This document shows positions 6,279-15,230 of a DNA stretch of 29,136 nucleotides, piece after piece; the stretch's first letter is position 1; each line of letters starts with the position of its first letter. Under the pieces are notes generated by a model, which saw nothing but the letters and a program-made list of their open reading frames with translations, was not told where the DNA came from and did no database searches. The position numbers and the translations under genes are program-made. Source of the DNA: a virus. Taxonomy: Duplodnaviria > Caudoviricetes. Where the stretch lies: positions 1 to 29,136 of IMG/VR virus record IMGVR_UViG_3300005758_000080. One strand, 5' to 3'.

Positions 6279-8988
6279 AATAGTTTTAGATAGTGGCGTG
6301 CTAGACGTGCGCCCCGATGTAAATTTTCCGATTACTTTTTCAGTTGGCGAAATACGCGACATAACCAAACGAACTGGGACATTCTCAAAGACTATCGTAC
6401 TACCAGCGACAGATAATAATAACCGCATATTAAATCACTACTACGATGTAAACATACAAGCGGGTACTTTCGACCTTACAAAAATTACACGTTGTCAAGT
6501 CCTACAGAATGACGTTATAATTTTAGAAGACGCTATCTTACAGCTAGTAAGTGTGAACAAGTCGCAGAACACGGACGCACACGAACAAGTTGTTAACTAT
6601 GAAGTGTTAATAAAAGACACAAAGGCCGAACTATTCACGGCTATTACTAACGCCGAACTGACAGACATAGACTTTAGCGACCTTAACCACTACTCAAATA
6701 GTAGCACTATTATAGCAACCTATGGAAATACGGAAGCAAACGGCTTTAAATACGTGTTGCCTTACTCTATAGCTGGAACTATTAACTACCACATACGCCA
6801 ACTTAAGCCCGCTATCTACGCGAAGACTTACTTCGATAGGATATTTGCAAATGCTGGCTTTACTTACACTTGGCCAAACTTACAAGAAGCCCGCTTCGAC
6901 AAGTTACTTATTCCGTATAACGGGGACGAAAACCAGATAGGTTGGGACGACTTTAAAGTAGTAGCGAACACAGCATATACTACAACCTATGCACAGCCAG
7001 CAAACGGAGGCTTTGTGCCATTTGTTCAAGACATAGCCAACTGGACAGAAGTAGAAGACCCGCAAAACTTGTTTAACCCAGCGACGGGAATTTACACAGC
7101 GCCGACAGACACAGACCCAGTAGCGTCACAAGGCTATGAGTTCAAAGCTACAATTACTTACGAAGTAGCGTTTTCACATTCAAACCCAAACCCCGTACAG
7201 CCTTACGTCTTTAACTCCCAAATAGGAACATACGTACCGCAAGCCAGAACTTTTACGCCATACCTTAAAGCTGTTAACCCAGCGTTACAAGGTTCGATAA
7301 GTACGCTTACACCTATAACAATAAATTCTGGCCTAGCGTCTGGAACTACTATATTTGGTACTTATGCGAACATAGCTATTACTAGCCCTTCTGGTTATAT
7401 TTCTACTGGCGACCTTCTTAAGTTACAAGTTGGCTTGCAGTCAAACTGGCAGACTGGTTTTAATTACTGGCGTGACGCGACTGGAACTGCTACTAAAGTA
7501 GGCATAGACATAGACATTATAGACATAAAGCTAGAAATACTGCCTAACACGAATACGCAACCTATAGGCGGTTTCTTAAATATGAATGAGTATGTTCCAG
7601 AAAAGATAAAGCAAAGCGACTTTGTGAAGTCTATCTTCACGATGTACAACCTATTCGCTGACGTAGACCCAGAACAACCTACTAACATTATACTAAAACA
7701 TCGCGACGAATACTACGACGAAGGGACAGAGAAAGACTGGACGTATAAACTAGCAAAAGACCGCGAACAAAATCTAGAGTTCTTACCAGACGTTAGCAGT
7801 AAGCGTTTAATCTTAACTTACAAACAAGACAAAGACACACCAAATACGCTGTACTACGACACCACTAGGGAAGTATACGGCCAACAAGAATACATATTTA
7901 ACAGCGAGTACGTCCGCGACATAGACACCAAAGAAATTATATTCAGTCCGACACCTATAACGAAAACGCCTTTCGGGGCTGTCGTACCAATGATAGACGG
8001 ACAAGCGCCAAAGACGAACATACGCATACTTTACGACGGAGGTGTTAAGTCGTGCGGCTTCTACAACTTAATAGACGGGGGTATTAATGGAACTTACAAC
8101 GTACAGACGTACCCAGCTATTACCCACTTTGACGACCCGCTTACACCTAGCTTTGATATTAACTTCGGGGTTAACGACTTCTACTATTACGACCTTCAAA
8201 GTTTGACTAATAACACGCTTTACAATATGTACTGGCGTAGGACTATTAATCAAATTAACGAAGGCAAAATGCTTACCGCGTTTTTTCACTTGAACGAAGG
8301 CGACATTCATAACTTAAAACTTAATGATAAGATACGCATAGACAACAGCTGGTGGAACATTAACAAGGTTATAGACTACAACGCAAACACGGAAGGACTA
8401 ACCAAAGTAGAACTAATAAGCGTAGACACAGAACTAGAACTAGCGCCATTCATTACAAACAACGGCACTACATCGCCTAGTGTAATTACGCAAGTAGCTT
8501 TATCTTCTGTTTATACTTCGCGTATGGCTACGACTAACGTAATTCTAGAAGGCGCAGACGTTGCAGTTTATGGCACACGTAACACAATAGCGCAAGGCGT
8601 TAGGGGTGTGGTAATAGGCGACGACAAGACGCTAAACGAAGACGGAATAATAACACCTAGAATTAACGGCATAGCCACGCAAACTACTTCGTACATAGCT
8701 AACCTTACCCAAACGGGAACAAACGCACCAGAAGCGCTTATTTTAGCTAACAATATAGGCGACATTACGTGGACTAGAACTAACGACGGGGAATATTTAG
8801 GAACACCAGCGAAAGCGCTAGACCAGTCCACTACTTACGTAATGATTAACAACGTAAACCACGACCATTTAACTAGCGCCTACATTAACACGGACGGCAA
8901 TATAGTAGTAATTACTTGTAACACTTCTGGCCACGCACACGAAGACGACATACTAAATAACACAACTCTAGAAATTCGCACCTACTAA
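6271..8988 (+). CDS. putative tail tip/hub protein
   Basis: 905 aa; N-terminal FSKTIVLPAT..NNRIL typical of Bacteroidota phage tail proteins; adjacent to tape measure. Confidence 0.65.
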   Translation: MVKIVLDSGVLDVRPDVNFPITFSVGEIRDITKRTGTFSKTIVLPATDNNNRILNHYYDVNIQAGTFDLTKITRCQVLQNDVIILEDAILQLVSVNKSQNTDAHEQVVNYEVLIKDTKAELFTAITNAELTDIDFSDLNHYSNSSTIIATYGNTEANGFKYVLPYSIAGTINYHIRQLKPAIYAKTYFDRIFANAGFTYTWPNLQEARFDKLLIPYNGDENQIGWDDFKVVANTAYTTTYAQPANGGFVPFVQDIANWTEVEDPQNLFNPATGIYTAPTDTDPVASQGYEFKATITYEVAFSHSNPNPVQPYVFNSQIGTYVPQARTFTPYLKAVNPALQGSISTLTPITINSGLASGTTIFGTYANIAITSPSGYISTGDLLKLQVGLQSNWQTGFNYWRDATGTATKVGIDIDIIDIKLEILPNTNTQPIGGFLNMNEYVPEKIKQSDFVKSIFTMYNLFADVDPEQPTNIILKHRDEYYDEGTEKDWTYKLAKDREQNLEFLPDVSSKRLILTYKQDKDTPNTLYYDTTREVYGQQEYIFNSEYVRDIDTKEIIFSPTPITKTPFGAVVPMIDGQAPKTNIRILYDGGVKSCGFYNLIDGGINGTYNVQTYPAITHFDDPLTPSFDINFGVNDFYYYDLQSLTNNTLYNMYWRRTINQINEGKMLTAFFHLNEGDIHNLKLNDKIRIDNSWWNINKVIDYNANTEGLTKVELISVDTELELAPFITNNGTTSPSVITQVALSSVYTSRMATTNVILEGADVAVYGTRNTIAQGVRGVVIGDDKTLNEDGIITPRINGIATQTTSYIANLTQTGTNAPEALILANNIGDITWTRTNDGEYLGTPAKALDQSTTYVMINNVNHDHLTSAYINTDGNIVVITCNTSGHAHEDDILNNTTLEIRTY

Positions 8989-8993
8989 AAGGC

Positions 8994-9006
8994 TAATATT
9001 GTTATG
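8994..9006 (+). promoter_or_regulatory. late motif TAATATTGTTATG
   Basis: repeat copy including the tape measure ATG. Confidence 0.7.
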
Positions 9007-11037
9007 AATGAAGTACAAATACCTTTAAAACTTACGGGCGTCGGCTCAATGAAGGCCGAGTTAAGAAGTTTAAAAGCTGAAATAGCGGCGGCTACAGACC
9101 CAGCACGCGTAGAAGAACTAGCTAAAAAGGCGGGTGAACTAACCGATAGAATTAAAGACGCTAACGACGCTGTAAACGTGTTCGCTTCTGGGTCTAAATT
9201 CGAACAGATTAGCAACTCATTCGACGGAATAAAGTCTAGCTTAATGTCTTTGGACTTCGAAGAAGCTAGCGAAAAGTCTAAAGTCTTCGCAAGCAATCTA
9301 GGTAAGATAGGCAAAGCTGACATTTCTGGGGCCCTTAAAGGCATTACGGGAATGGTAAAAACTTTGGGCGGGGCTTTCGTAAAGCTTGGCGCACAGATAC
9401 TTGCAAACCCTATCTTTTTATTAGCCGCTGTTATTATTGCAATAGTCGCTGGTATAGTTGTATTCCTAAATAAGATAGGTGTACTTCAAAAAGCGTTTGA
9501 CGTTTTAATGATACCAGTTAACGCCATTATAGACGCGTTTAAAAGACTGACAGACTGGCTAGGACTTACGCAATATGCCGCCGAAGAAAACGGCAAAAAG
9601 ATGCAAGCCGCTAACGAAAAGGCCGCTGAAAGTTCAAAGAAAAGAACGGAGAAAATAAGTAGCGCTTACGACATAGAAATAGCTAAAGCTAAAGCCGCTG
9701 GCAAAGACACCACGAATTTAGAAATAGCAAAGAGTAAAGCAATTAATAAAGAAGCAGAAGGCCGCTTAAGGTCAGCTGAAAAAGAATACGCCTACTTACA
9801 AAAGATAGCTTCTAAAGACAACCTAGAACGCCGTAAGAAATTACGCGAACAAATGGAAGCCGAAAAGAAAATACTTTCGGAAGGACGTAAAGAACAACGA
9901 CTACTCCAAATTGCAGACGACGCAGAACAAGCGCAGAAGGCTAAAGAAAACGCGGCTAAAAGATTAGAAGCCCAGAAGGCCTACGCTAAAAACAGACTAG
10001 ACGCCCAGCGTACTATTAAGGATATAGAAATAGCTTTAATAGAAAACGACAACGAGCGCGAAATAGCTACGATAAACGAAAAGTATAAACGACTAATAGA
10101 AGACGTAAAGAAAAACGAAAGCTTAACTGGTGCGGAAAAAGTCCGCTTAACTGCCTTATATGAAAGCCAGAAACAAGCTGAACTTGACAAGGGGGCTAAA
10201 TTACAAGCAGACGCTGAAAAGCAAAGACAAGCTAGAATACAGCAAGCAATTAAAGATAACGAAAACGTACAGCTACAAAAACAAGAAGACTTTGAAGAAC
10301 AGCTACGCTTGTTAACTATGTCGGACACAGAACGCCAGCTAGACGAAATACAAACGCGTTACTTTGAGTTGATAGCGTTAGCCGAGCAATACGGCCTAGA
10401 CACCAAAGCGCTAGAAGAAAAACGCGCGGCCGAAATTAAAGCCATTCAAGATAAAGAAGCGGCAGACGCTAAAGCCAAAGCACTAGCAGAAATAGAAACC
10501 GCCAAACAAGTACGCGACGCAAAAATAAGTACGATAGGCGACTACGCTAACGCAGTTACAAACCTAGCAACCCTAGTAACAAACGACCAGAAGAAACTAG
10601 AAAAGATTAACAAGGCTAGCGCGTTAGTACAAATTGGTATAGACACAGCGAAAGCTATTAGTTCACTTGTTGCGGCGTCAAACGCCAACGCATATAACGG
10701 GCTTACTGGTGGTCTAGCTGGTGCGGCCCAGTTCGCTAGTGGTATTCTACAAATTACTACCAATATGGTTAAGGCTAAACAGCTTTTAAGTAACCCAGCT
10801 GGTAGTGTTTCTGGCGGTGGTTCGAACCCGTCTAGTACAAGTAGTACTACTTCGACAGCGGCGGCAGTCCCTATGGTTAACTTATTCGGTCAAGGCAACC
10901 AACTTAACACAGCAAGCGCACCGCAAAGCGTTACAAACACGAACCAGAATATAGTAGTTCAAGCTGTAGTAAGTGAAACAGACATAACTAGCACACAAAA
11001 CAAAATAGATAAAATCAAAAAAGGGTCGGAATTATGA
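9004..11037 (+). CDS. tape measure protein
   Basis: 677 aa, A/K/E-rich coiled coil, hydrophobic ANPIFLLAAVIIAIVAGIVVFL segment, C-terminal VQAVVSETDIT. Confidence 0.8.
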   Translation: MNEVQIPLKLTGVGSMKAELRSLKAEIAAATDPARVEELAKKAGELTDRIKDANDAVNVFASGSKFEQISNSFDGIKSSLMSLDFEEASEKSKVFASNLGKIGKADISGALKGITGMVKTLGGAFVKLGAQILANPIFLLAAVIIAIVAGIVVFLNKIGVLQKAFDVLMIPVNAIIDAFKRLTDWLGLTQYAAEENGKKMQAANEKAAESSKKRTEKISSAYDIEIAKAKAAGKDTTNLEIAKSKAINKEAEGRLRSAEKEYAYLQKIASKDNLERRKKLREQMEAEKKILSEGRKEQRLLQIADDAEQAQKAKENAAKRLEAQKAYAKNRLDAQRTIKDIEIALIENDNEREIATINEKYKRLIEDVKKNESLTGAEKVRLTALYESQKQAELDKGAKLQADAEKQRQARIQQAIKDNENVQLQKQEDFEEQLRLLTMSDTERQLDEIQTRYFELIALAEQYGLDTKALEEKRAAEIKAIQDKEAADAKAKALAEIETAKQVRDAKISTIGDYANAVTNLATLVTNDQKKLEKINKASALVQIGIDTAKAISSLVAASNANAYNGLTGGLAGAAQFASGILQITTNMVKAKQLLSNPAGSVSGGGSNPSSTSSTTSTAAAVPMVNLFGQGNQLNTASAPQSVTNTNQNIVVQAVVSETDITSTQNKIDKIKKGSEL

Positions 11038-11483
11038 CAAGTTACCAAGCACTTATAAACGAAATTACGGACTTCTATAACAACCACGTACAAGTCAAGA
11101 AGGTAGGTTCGGACTTCAAAGAACAAATGTTTAACTTCGCCACAAAGGACGAAAAGTACCCTATTGTTTTTATAGTTCCAGTTTCTGCACTAGCCACCGA
11201 AAACACGAACGACTTTATTCTAGAAATTTATTGCTTCGATATTATACAGAAGGATAGGGAAAACATTAACGTAATTCTGTCCGACTGCCAGCAAATTCTT
11301 TACGACCTTTACACGTACTTTATAAACTCGAATAACTACAACTTCGACCTAGTAGACACGCCTACTTTTAACCCACTTAATAACGACCTACTAGACTATG
11401 CGGCTGGGTGGGTAATGACTGCAACTTTTGCTGTAAACAACTGGACAGACTGCGCCGTTCCACTTAAACAACAAGGTAATTAA
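11034..11483 (+). CDS. putative tail completion/terminator protein
   Basis: 149 aa acidic, YPIVFIVP motif, structural context. Confidence 0.5.
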   Translation: MTSYQALINEITDFYNNHVQVKKVGSDFKEQMFNFATKDEKYPIVFIVPVSALATENTNDFILEIYCFDIIQKDRENINVILSDCQQILYDLYTYFINSNNYNFDLVDTPTFNPLNNDLLDYAAGWVMTATFAVNNWTDCAVPLKQQGN

Positions 11484-11486
11484 ATT

Positions 11487-11499
11487 TAATATAGTTATG
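11487..11499 (+). promoter_or_regulatory. late motif TAATATAGTTATG
   Basis: repeat copy including ATG 11497. Confidence 0.7.
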
Positions 11500-11769
11500 A
11501 GTAGCAATTTAATAGGAGAATTGGTTGGAAATATGGGTACGTTTGTCGTTAACACTACGATAGAGGTAACTAAAAATATAGATGCTATTGTAATTCTAGA
11601 AGAAAGTATTTTTACCAGTATTAAAATAAACGGCGTAGACGCTAAAAACGAGTATATTCAAGACGCTACGTTAGCAGTTAAAGCGGGTGCAATTATCACA
11701 CCTATTAACAATTTGCAATTTAGCGGAGTTCAATTAACTAGCGGTTCAGTTGTTTTAGTTTTAGGATAA
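11497..11769 (+). CDS. hypothetical virion protein
   Basis: 90 aa, beta-rich, heads the fibre module. Confidence 0.65.
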   Translation: MSSNLIGELVGNMGTFVVNTTIEVTKNIDAIVILEESIFTSIKINGVDAKNEYIQDATLAVKAGAIITPINNLQFSGVQLTSGSVVLVLG

Positions 11770-11906
11770 TGTACAGCTTCGCTATTTCTCTTTATAATAC
11801 AACGCGTTGGCTTTACGTTCAAGGTGCTAGTTTGTTAGGCTTTAGAATTACCGAAAATATGAACACACGTTTAACGGAAAATAACCAAAAACGAATTTTA
11901 GAATAA
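11769..11906 (+). CDS. small protein (45 aa, not in ORF track) with RITE/RLTE/RILE repeats
   Basis: MYSFAISLYNTTRWLYVQGASLLGFRITENMNTRLTENNQKRILE*; TAATG overlap, ends 2 nt before the fibre gene. Confidence 0.65.
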   Translation: MYSFAISLYNTTRWLYVQGASLLGFRITENMNTRLTENNQKRILE

Positions 11907-11908
11907 AA

Positions 11909-13234
11909 ATGGCAAACATTAAAATAAGTCAATTACCAGCTAAAGGCGCTAATCTAGGCGCTAACGATTTAGTAGAAGTAGCCGAATTTACGGGTACTGG
12001 TTATGTATCTAAAAGTATTACGGGTCAAGAAATTATAAATGCGGCTTCTGGTGGCGGCACAGCTTGGGGCGACATTACGGGAACTCTTGCAGACCAAACA
12101 GACTTACAAACCGCTTTAGATGCTAAACAAGATGACCTCATTAGTGGGACAAATATAAAAACTATTGAAGGGCAAAGTGTATTAGGTAGTGGAAACATAG
12201 ACATAACAAAAAGCGACGTAGGTCTTTCAAACGTTGATAATACAAGCGACTTAAACAAGCCTATAAGTACAGCAACACAAACGGCACTAAACGCTAAACA
12301 AAATACGCTGGTATCTGGCAGTAATATCAAAACGATAGAAGGACAATCTATTTTAGGAGCTGGCAATATCGACTTAACTAAAGCAGATGTTGGCTTGTCA
12401 AATGTGGATAATACTAGCGACGTTAATAAACCGATTTCAACAGCTACACAAACAGCGTTGAACGCTAAACAAGATACGCTAGTATCTGGCAGTAATATCA
12501 AAACTATAAACTTCAATTCTATATTAGGTAGTGGCGACATCTCTGTAGTTTCTACATTAAACGGAACAAGCCCAATTAATGCGTCAGTTGGTGCGGGTGG
12601 AAGTGGAAATATTTCAATTAACCAAGCGACTACATCCACAAATGGATTTTTAAGTTCAACTGATTGGAATACGTTTAACAATAAACAAGCAGCACTTGTT
12701 AGCGGCACAAACATTAAGACCATTAACGGCAATTCAGTTTTAGGTAGTGGCAATTTAACTATAAGTGGAGGTCCACGTAAATATGTAAATACTACATTAC
12801 AAACTGCAATAGATATTTTTTCAGAAACAATAATAGGTAGTTATTTAATACCCGCCAATACTTTTTCTGCAAATGGTTCGTTTGAGTTTTTAATTAAACA
12901 AGGCGCATCTGTTTCAACCGGAGCCTCTGTACAATCCAAAATATATATTAACTCTTCAAACACTTTAACTGGAGCAACATTGCTTGCAACAAGCACAAAT
13001 AACTCTGGTAGCGCTTACTACAATTTTGTAAGAAATGCTTTTATTTCGTCAAGTAATATCTATATTTTGGGTACGTCTTTAGGTAGCAATACAGATTTCT
13101 TAACAAGTTCTTTTGCTCAATCAGTAGTTCCTTTTGACGTTACAGCGGCTAGGTATTTTATAGTAACAATGTCTTGTTCACTTCCTACATCAGTTGAAAT
13201 TAGAGGTGTTAAATTTATACAAAATGACATATAA
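11909..13234 (+). CDS. tail fibre / receptor-binding protein with phage tail repeats
   Basis: N-terminal MANIKISQLP; two TKxDVGLSNVDNTSDxNKPISTATQTAL repeats (PTR-like); four KQxxLxSGxNIKTI..SxLGxG repeats; S/T/N-rich C-terminal domain. Confidence 0.8.
   Translation: MANIKISQLPAKGANLGANDLVEVAEFTGTGYVSKSITGQEIINAASGGGTAWGDITGTLADQTDLQTALDAKQDDLISGTNIKTIEGQSVLGSGNIDITKSDVGLSNVDNTSDLNKPISTATQTALNAKQNTLVSGSNIKTIEGQSILGAGNIDLTKADVGLSNVDNTSDVNKPISTATQTALNAKQDTLVSGSNIKTINFNSILGSGDISVVSTLNGTSPINASVGAGGSGNISINQATTSTNGFLSSTDWNTFNNKQAALVSGTNIKTINGNSVLGSGNLTISGGPRKYVNTTLQTAIDIFSETIIGSYLIPANTFSANGSFEFLIKQGASVSTGASVQSKIYINSSNTLTGATLLATSTNNSGSAYYNFVRNAFISSSNIYILGTSLGSNTDFLTSSFAQSVVPFDVTAARYFIVTMSCSLPTSVEIRGVKFIQNDI
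12125..12541 (+). repeat. 171-bp (57-aa) diverged tandem repeat, about 2.4 copies, in the fibre gene
   Basis: units start at 12125, 12296 and 12467; a further partial unit at 12683. Confidence 0.85.
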
Positions 13235-13466
13235 TATTGCAACAATTCAAAACGGATTCATATTTAAAGATGAAACGTATTTATTTGGAACTACCCAAAT
13301 ATATGATGAAAATGAAAATATAATTGAAGTTAGCTTAATTCAGTCAATCGATAGCGTATTAGTTGCAACCGATAAAGGCGTTATTTATTTAGACCTTTCA
13401 TGTACAATACATGAAGTAGAATTTAGCGATATAAATTTATTTATTAAAGCACTTAAAGGCGAATAA
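13224..13466 (+). CDS. hypothetical protein downstream of fibre (possible fibre chaperone)
   Basis: ATG 13224 preferred to TTG 13194; AT-rich like the fibre tip. Confidence 0.6.
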   Translation: MTYNIATIQNGFIFKDETYLFGTTQIYDENENIIEVSLIQSIDSVLVATDKGVIYLDLSCTIHEVEFSDINLFIKALKGE

Positions 13467-13897
13467 TGGCGTACAAGAATAACGGCGTTTTTAACGTTAA
13501 ATATAAAACCCGTAATAAGATAGCTAGAACGCTTAAGCAAATTATCGCCAGCGAAGCGCTTATAGATACTGGCGCGCTTTACGATAGTATTCGTATAAAC
13601 GCACAGATACCAGCGCTAGGCGAACTAGAAATTCAAATTCTAGCAATGTACTATTTTGGCTATCTAAACAATGGTACTATTAATATGGTCAAGTTCGACC
13701 TATGTAAAAAGCTTACAGAAGCCCTAGCCGCTAACGGAACTACAGCGGAAATATTCGAGCAGTATACGGAATGGATGACACAGCGCTACCCTATCTTGCA
13801 AGTAGCTACAATTCTAGGGGAAAAGCGTAATTTGATTTATACCTTTGAGCCTATCGGTGGTAACTTCGACTGGCCGCTAGAGTTTACTGGTGTCTAG
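13466..13897 (+). CDS. putative neck/tail completion protein (HK97 gp10-like)
   Basis: LIDTGALYDSI..YFGYLNNGT resembles the DTGxLxxSI..Ya.yve.GT pattern. Confidence 0.55.
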   Translation: MAYKNNGVFNVKYKTRNKIARTLKQIIASEALIDTGALYDSIRINAQIPALGELEIQILAMYYFGYLNNGTINMVKFDLCKKLTEALAANGTTAEIFEQYTEWMTQRYPILQVATILGEKRNLIYTFEPIGGNFDWPLEFTGV

Positions 13898-14659
13898 GTA
13901 GCCCATTTCCTTACGCATAGCTAACATATTAAAGACAAAGATTAAGGGCAGTTCACCGACTGCCTTTACTTTTGTTATGTCGCCTTCTGTTAGGTCGAAT
14001 AGTAGGCTTTCCCAGCCCCACTTTCTAGCCTTTTTACTTTGCTCGCGTTCTTTAAGTTCGGCTTTATATTCTTCTATGCTGTCAAAGTCTTTAGCTTCTA
14101 TAGGTTCGTCTTCTTCTTCGTCTGGTTGCTGAAATAAATTTTCGTATTTCTTCATAAATTCCTCACGATACTTTAAGTATTCGGGAACTATGCCGTAAAT
14201 TTCTGTTACGTTTACTTCTTCGAAGTCTTCTTGTCTGTCGAATGGACTAAATATGTACGGCTCAAAGTGCATATTTCCCCACTTGTCTACTTCTGTACGC
14301 CGCCAAAACACGGACACAATGTGCGTAATATGTTTTAAATAGTCGTTTTGTAGGAAGTATTCAAGGTCTATAAATTCGTCTAGCGTTAGTTTCTTGAATG
14401 GCTTTAGTATATAGGTATCTTCGTTTATAGTTAAGACGTCTGTAAGCCCCTTTTTAGGCTCATTAAGTACCCACTTAACCGACTTAAACAGCTTACTTAT
14501 CTCTTCTATTTCTAGGTCTTCTAATTGTTCTGTAGGAACGTCGGCCAAAATAGCTAAAGTTTCTAGCTGTGTGTTAAAGAACCCGCCAACTTCTGCTAGC
14601 TGGCGTAGTTCCTTAAACTGGTATAGCTTAACTTCGTGCCAGCTATTCGGTAGGTTCAT
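13877..14659 (-). CDS. putative tail assembly chaperone, long paralogue
   Basis: 260 aa acidic; N-terminus similar to the adjacent gene; C-terminal KWGWESLLFDLTEGDITK..ELPL. Confidence 0.5.
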   Translation of the reverse strand: MNLPNSWHEVKLYQFKELRQLAEVGGFFNTQLETLAILADVPTEQLEDLEIEEISKLFKSVKWVLNEPKKGLTDVLTINEDTYILKPFKKLTLDEFIDLEYFLQNDYLKHITHIVSVFWRRTEVDKWGNMHFEPYIFSPFDRQEDFEEVNVTEIYGIVPEYLKYREEFMKKYENLFQQPDEEEDEPIEAKDFDSIEEYKAELKEREQSKKARKWGWESLLFDLTEGDITKVKAVGELPLIFVFNMLAMRKEMGYLDTSKL

Positions 14660-15182
14660 TAAGTTGTTCTACTTGTTTGTTAATTGTTTCAGCTACAGCT
14701 ACCAAATAAGGGACTGCAACTTCGGCTGGCATTTCTCTAATTATTTTAGACTTTAGTTTTATATGCGCGTCTGTGTAATGTTCTGTTTTGGTTAGGTCTG
14801 TACGTTTAAACAGCACCGCTAAAACTTCGGAAATATACCCTTTGTGTTTATGAAATAAAATCTTTTCAATTAGCTTCGTGTCGCGGGCCGTTAGCTTCCA
14901 TTCTTCGTCGTAAGCTTGATAGATGTAGCCGTCGTTTTCGAAACGCTTTAATAAAACACCTTCTGGGTTTTTCGCTGTGTTAAAAAGACGGATATACTCT
15001 TTAAATTCTTCAAAGTCTACGTCTTCTATTTCGTCTGGCAGACCCATATATTTAAAAACTTCTAAATGCTTTTCTACGTGGTCTAGCTTTTCGTTAGCGT
15101 GAATTTCTGTAATGTCTTCGAATTGCTGAATAGTTAACTCGCTTAATTCGTTGGGTATTTCCCTTCCTAAAATTGTTACCAT
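14643..15182 (-). CDS. putative tail assembly chaperone, short paralogue (179 aa)
   Basis: ATG at 15182 preferred because TTG 15203 lies in the promoter element; IPNELSELTIQQF motif. Confidence 0.5.
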   Translation of the reverse strand: MVTILGREIPNELSELTIQQFEDITEIHANEKLDHVEKHLEVFKYMGLPDEIEDVDFEEFKEYIRLFNTAKNPEGVLLKRFENDGYIYQAYDEEWKLTARDTKLIEKILFHKHKGYISEVLAVLFKRTDLTKTEHYTDAHIKLKSKIIREMPAEVAVPYLVAVAETINKQVEQLNEPTE

Positions 15183-15200
15183 AGTTAATAAATTTTTGAA

Positions 15201-15208
15201 CAAATATA
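15201..15208 (-). promoter_or_regulatory. Bacteroidota -7 element TATATTTG driving the minus-strand pair
   Basis: consensus match 18 nt upstream of ATG 15182. Confidence 0.65.
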
Positions 15209-15217
15209 GAACTTTTT

Positions 15218-15230
15218 TAATATCGTTATG
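15218..15230 (+). promoter_or_regulatory. late motif TAATATCGTTATG
   Basis: repeat copy including ATG 15228. Confidence 0.7.

Noticed and set aside
12025-12753. 242-aa minus-strand ORF
   Set aside because: Antisense shadow of the repetitive fibre gene; no independent motif or start context.
11909-13234. Diversity-generating retroelement acting on the fibre
   Set aside because: No reverse transcriptase; repeat differences are mostly synonymous and not adenine-specific.
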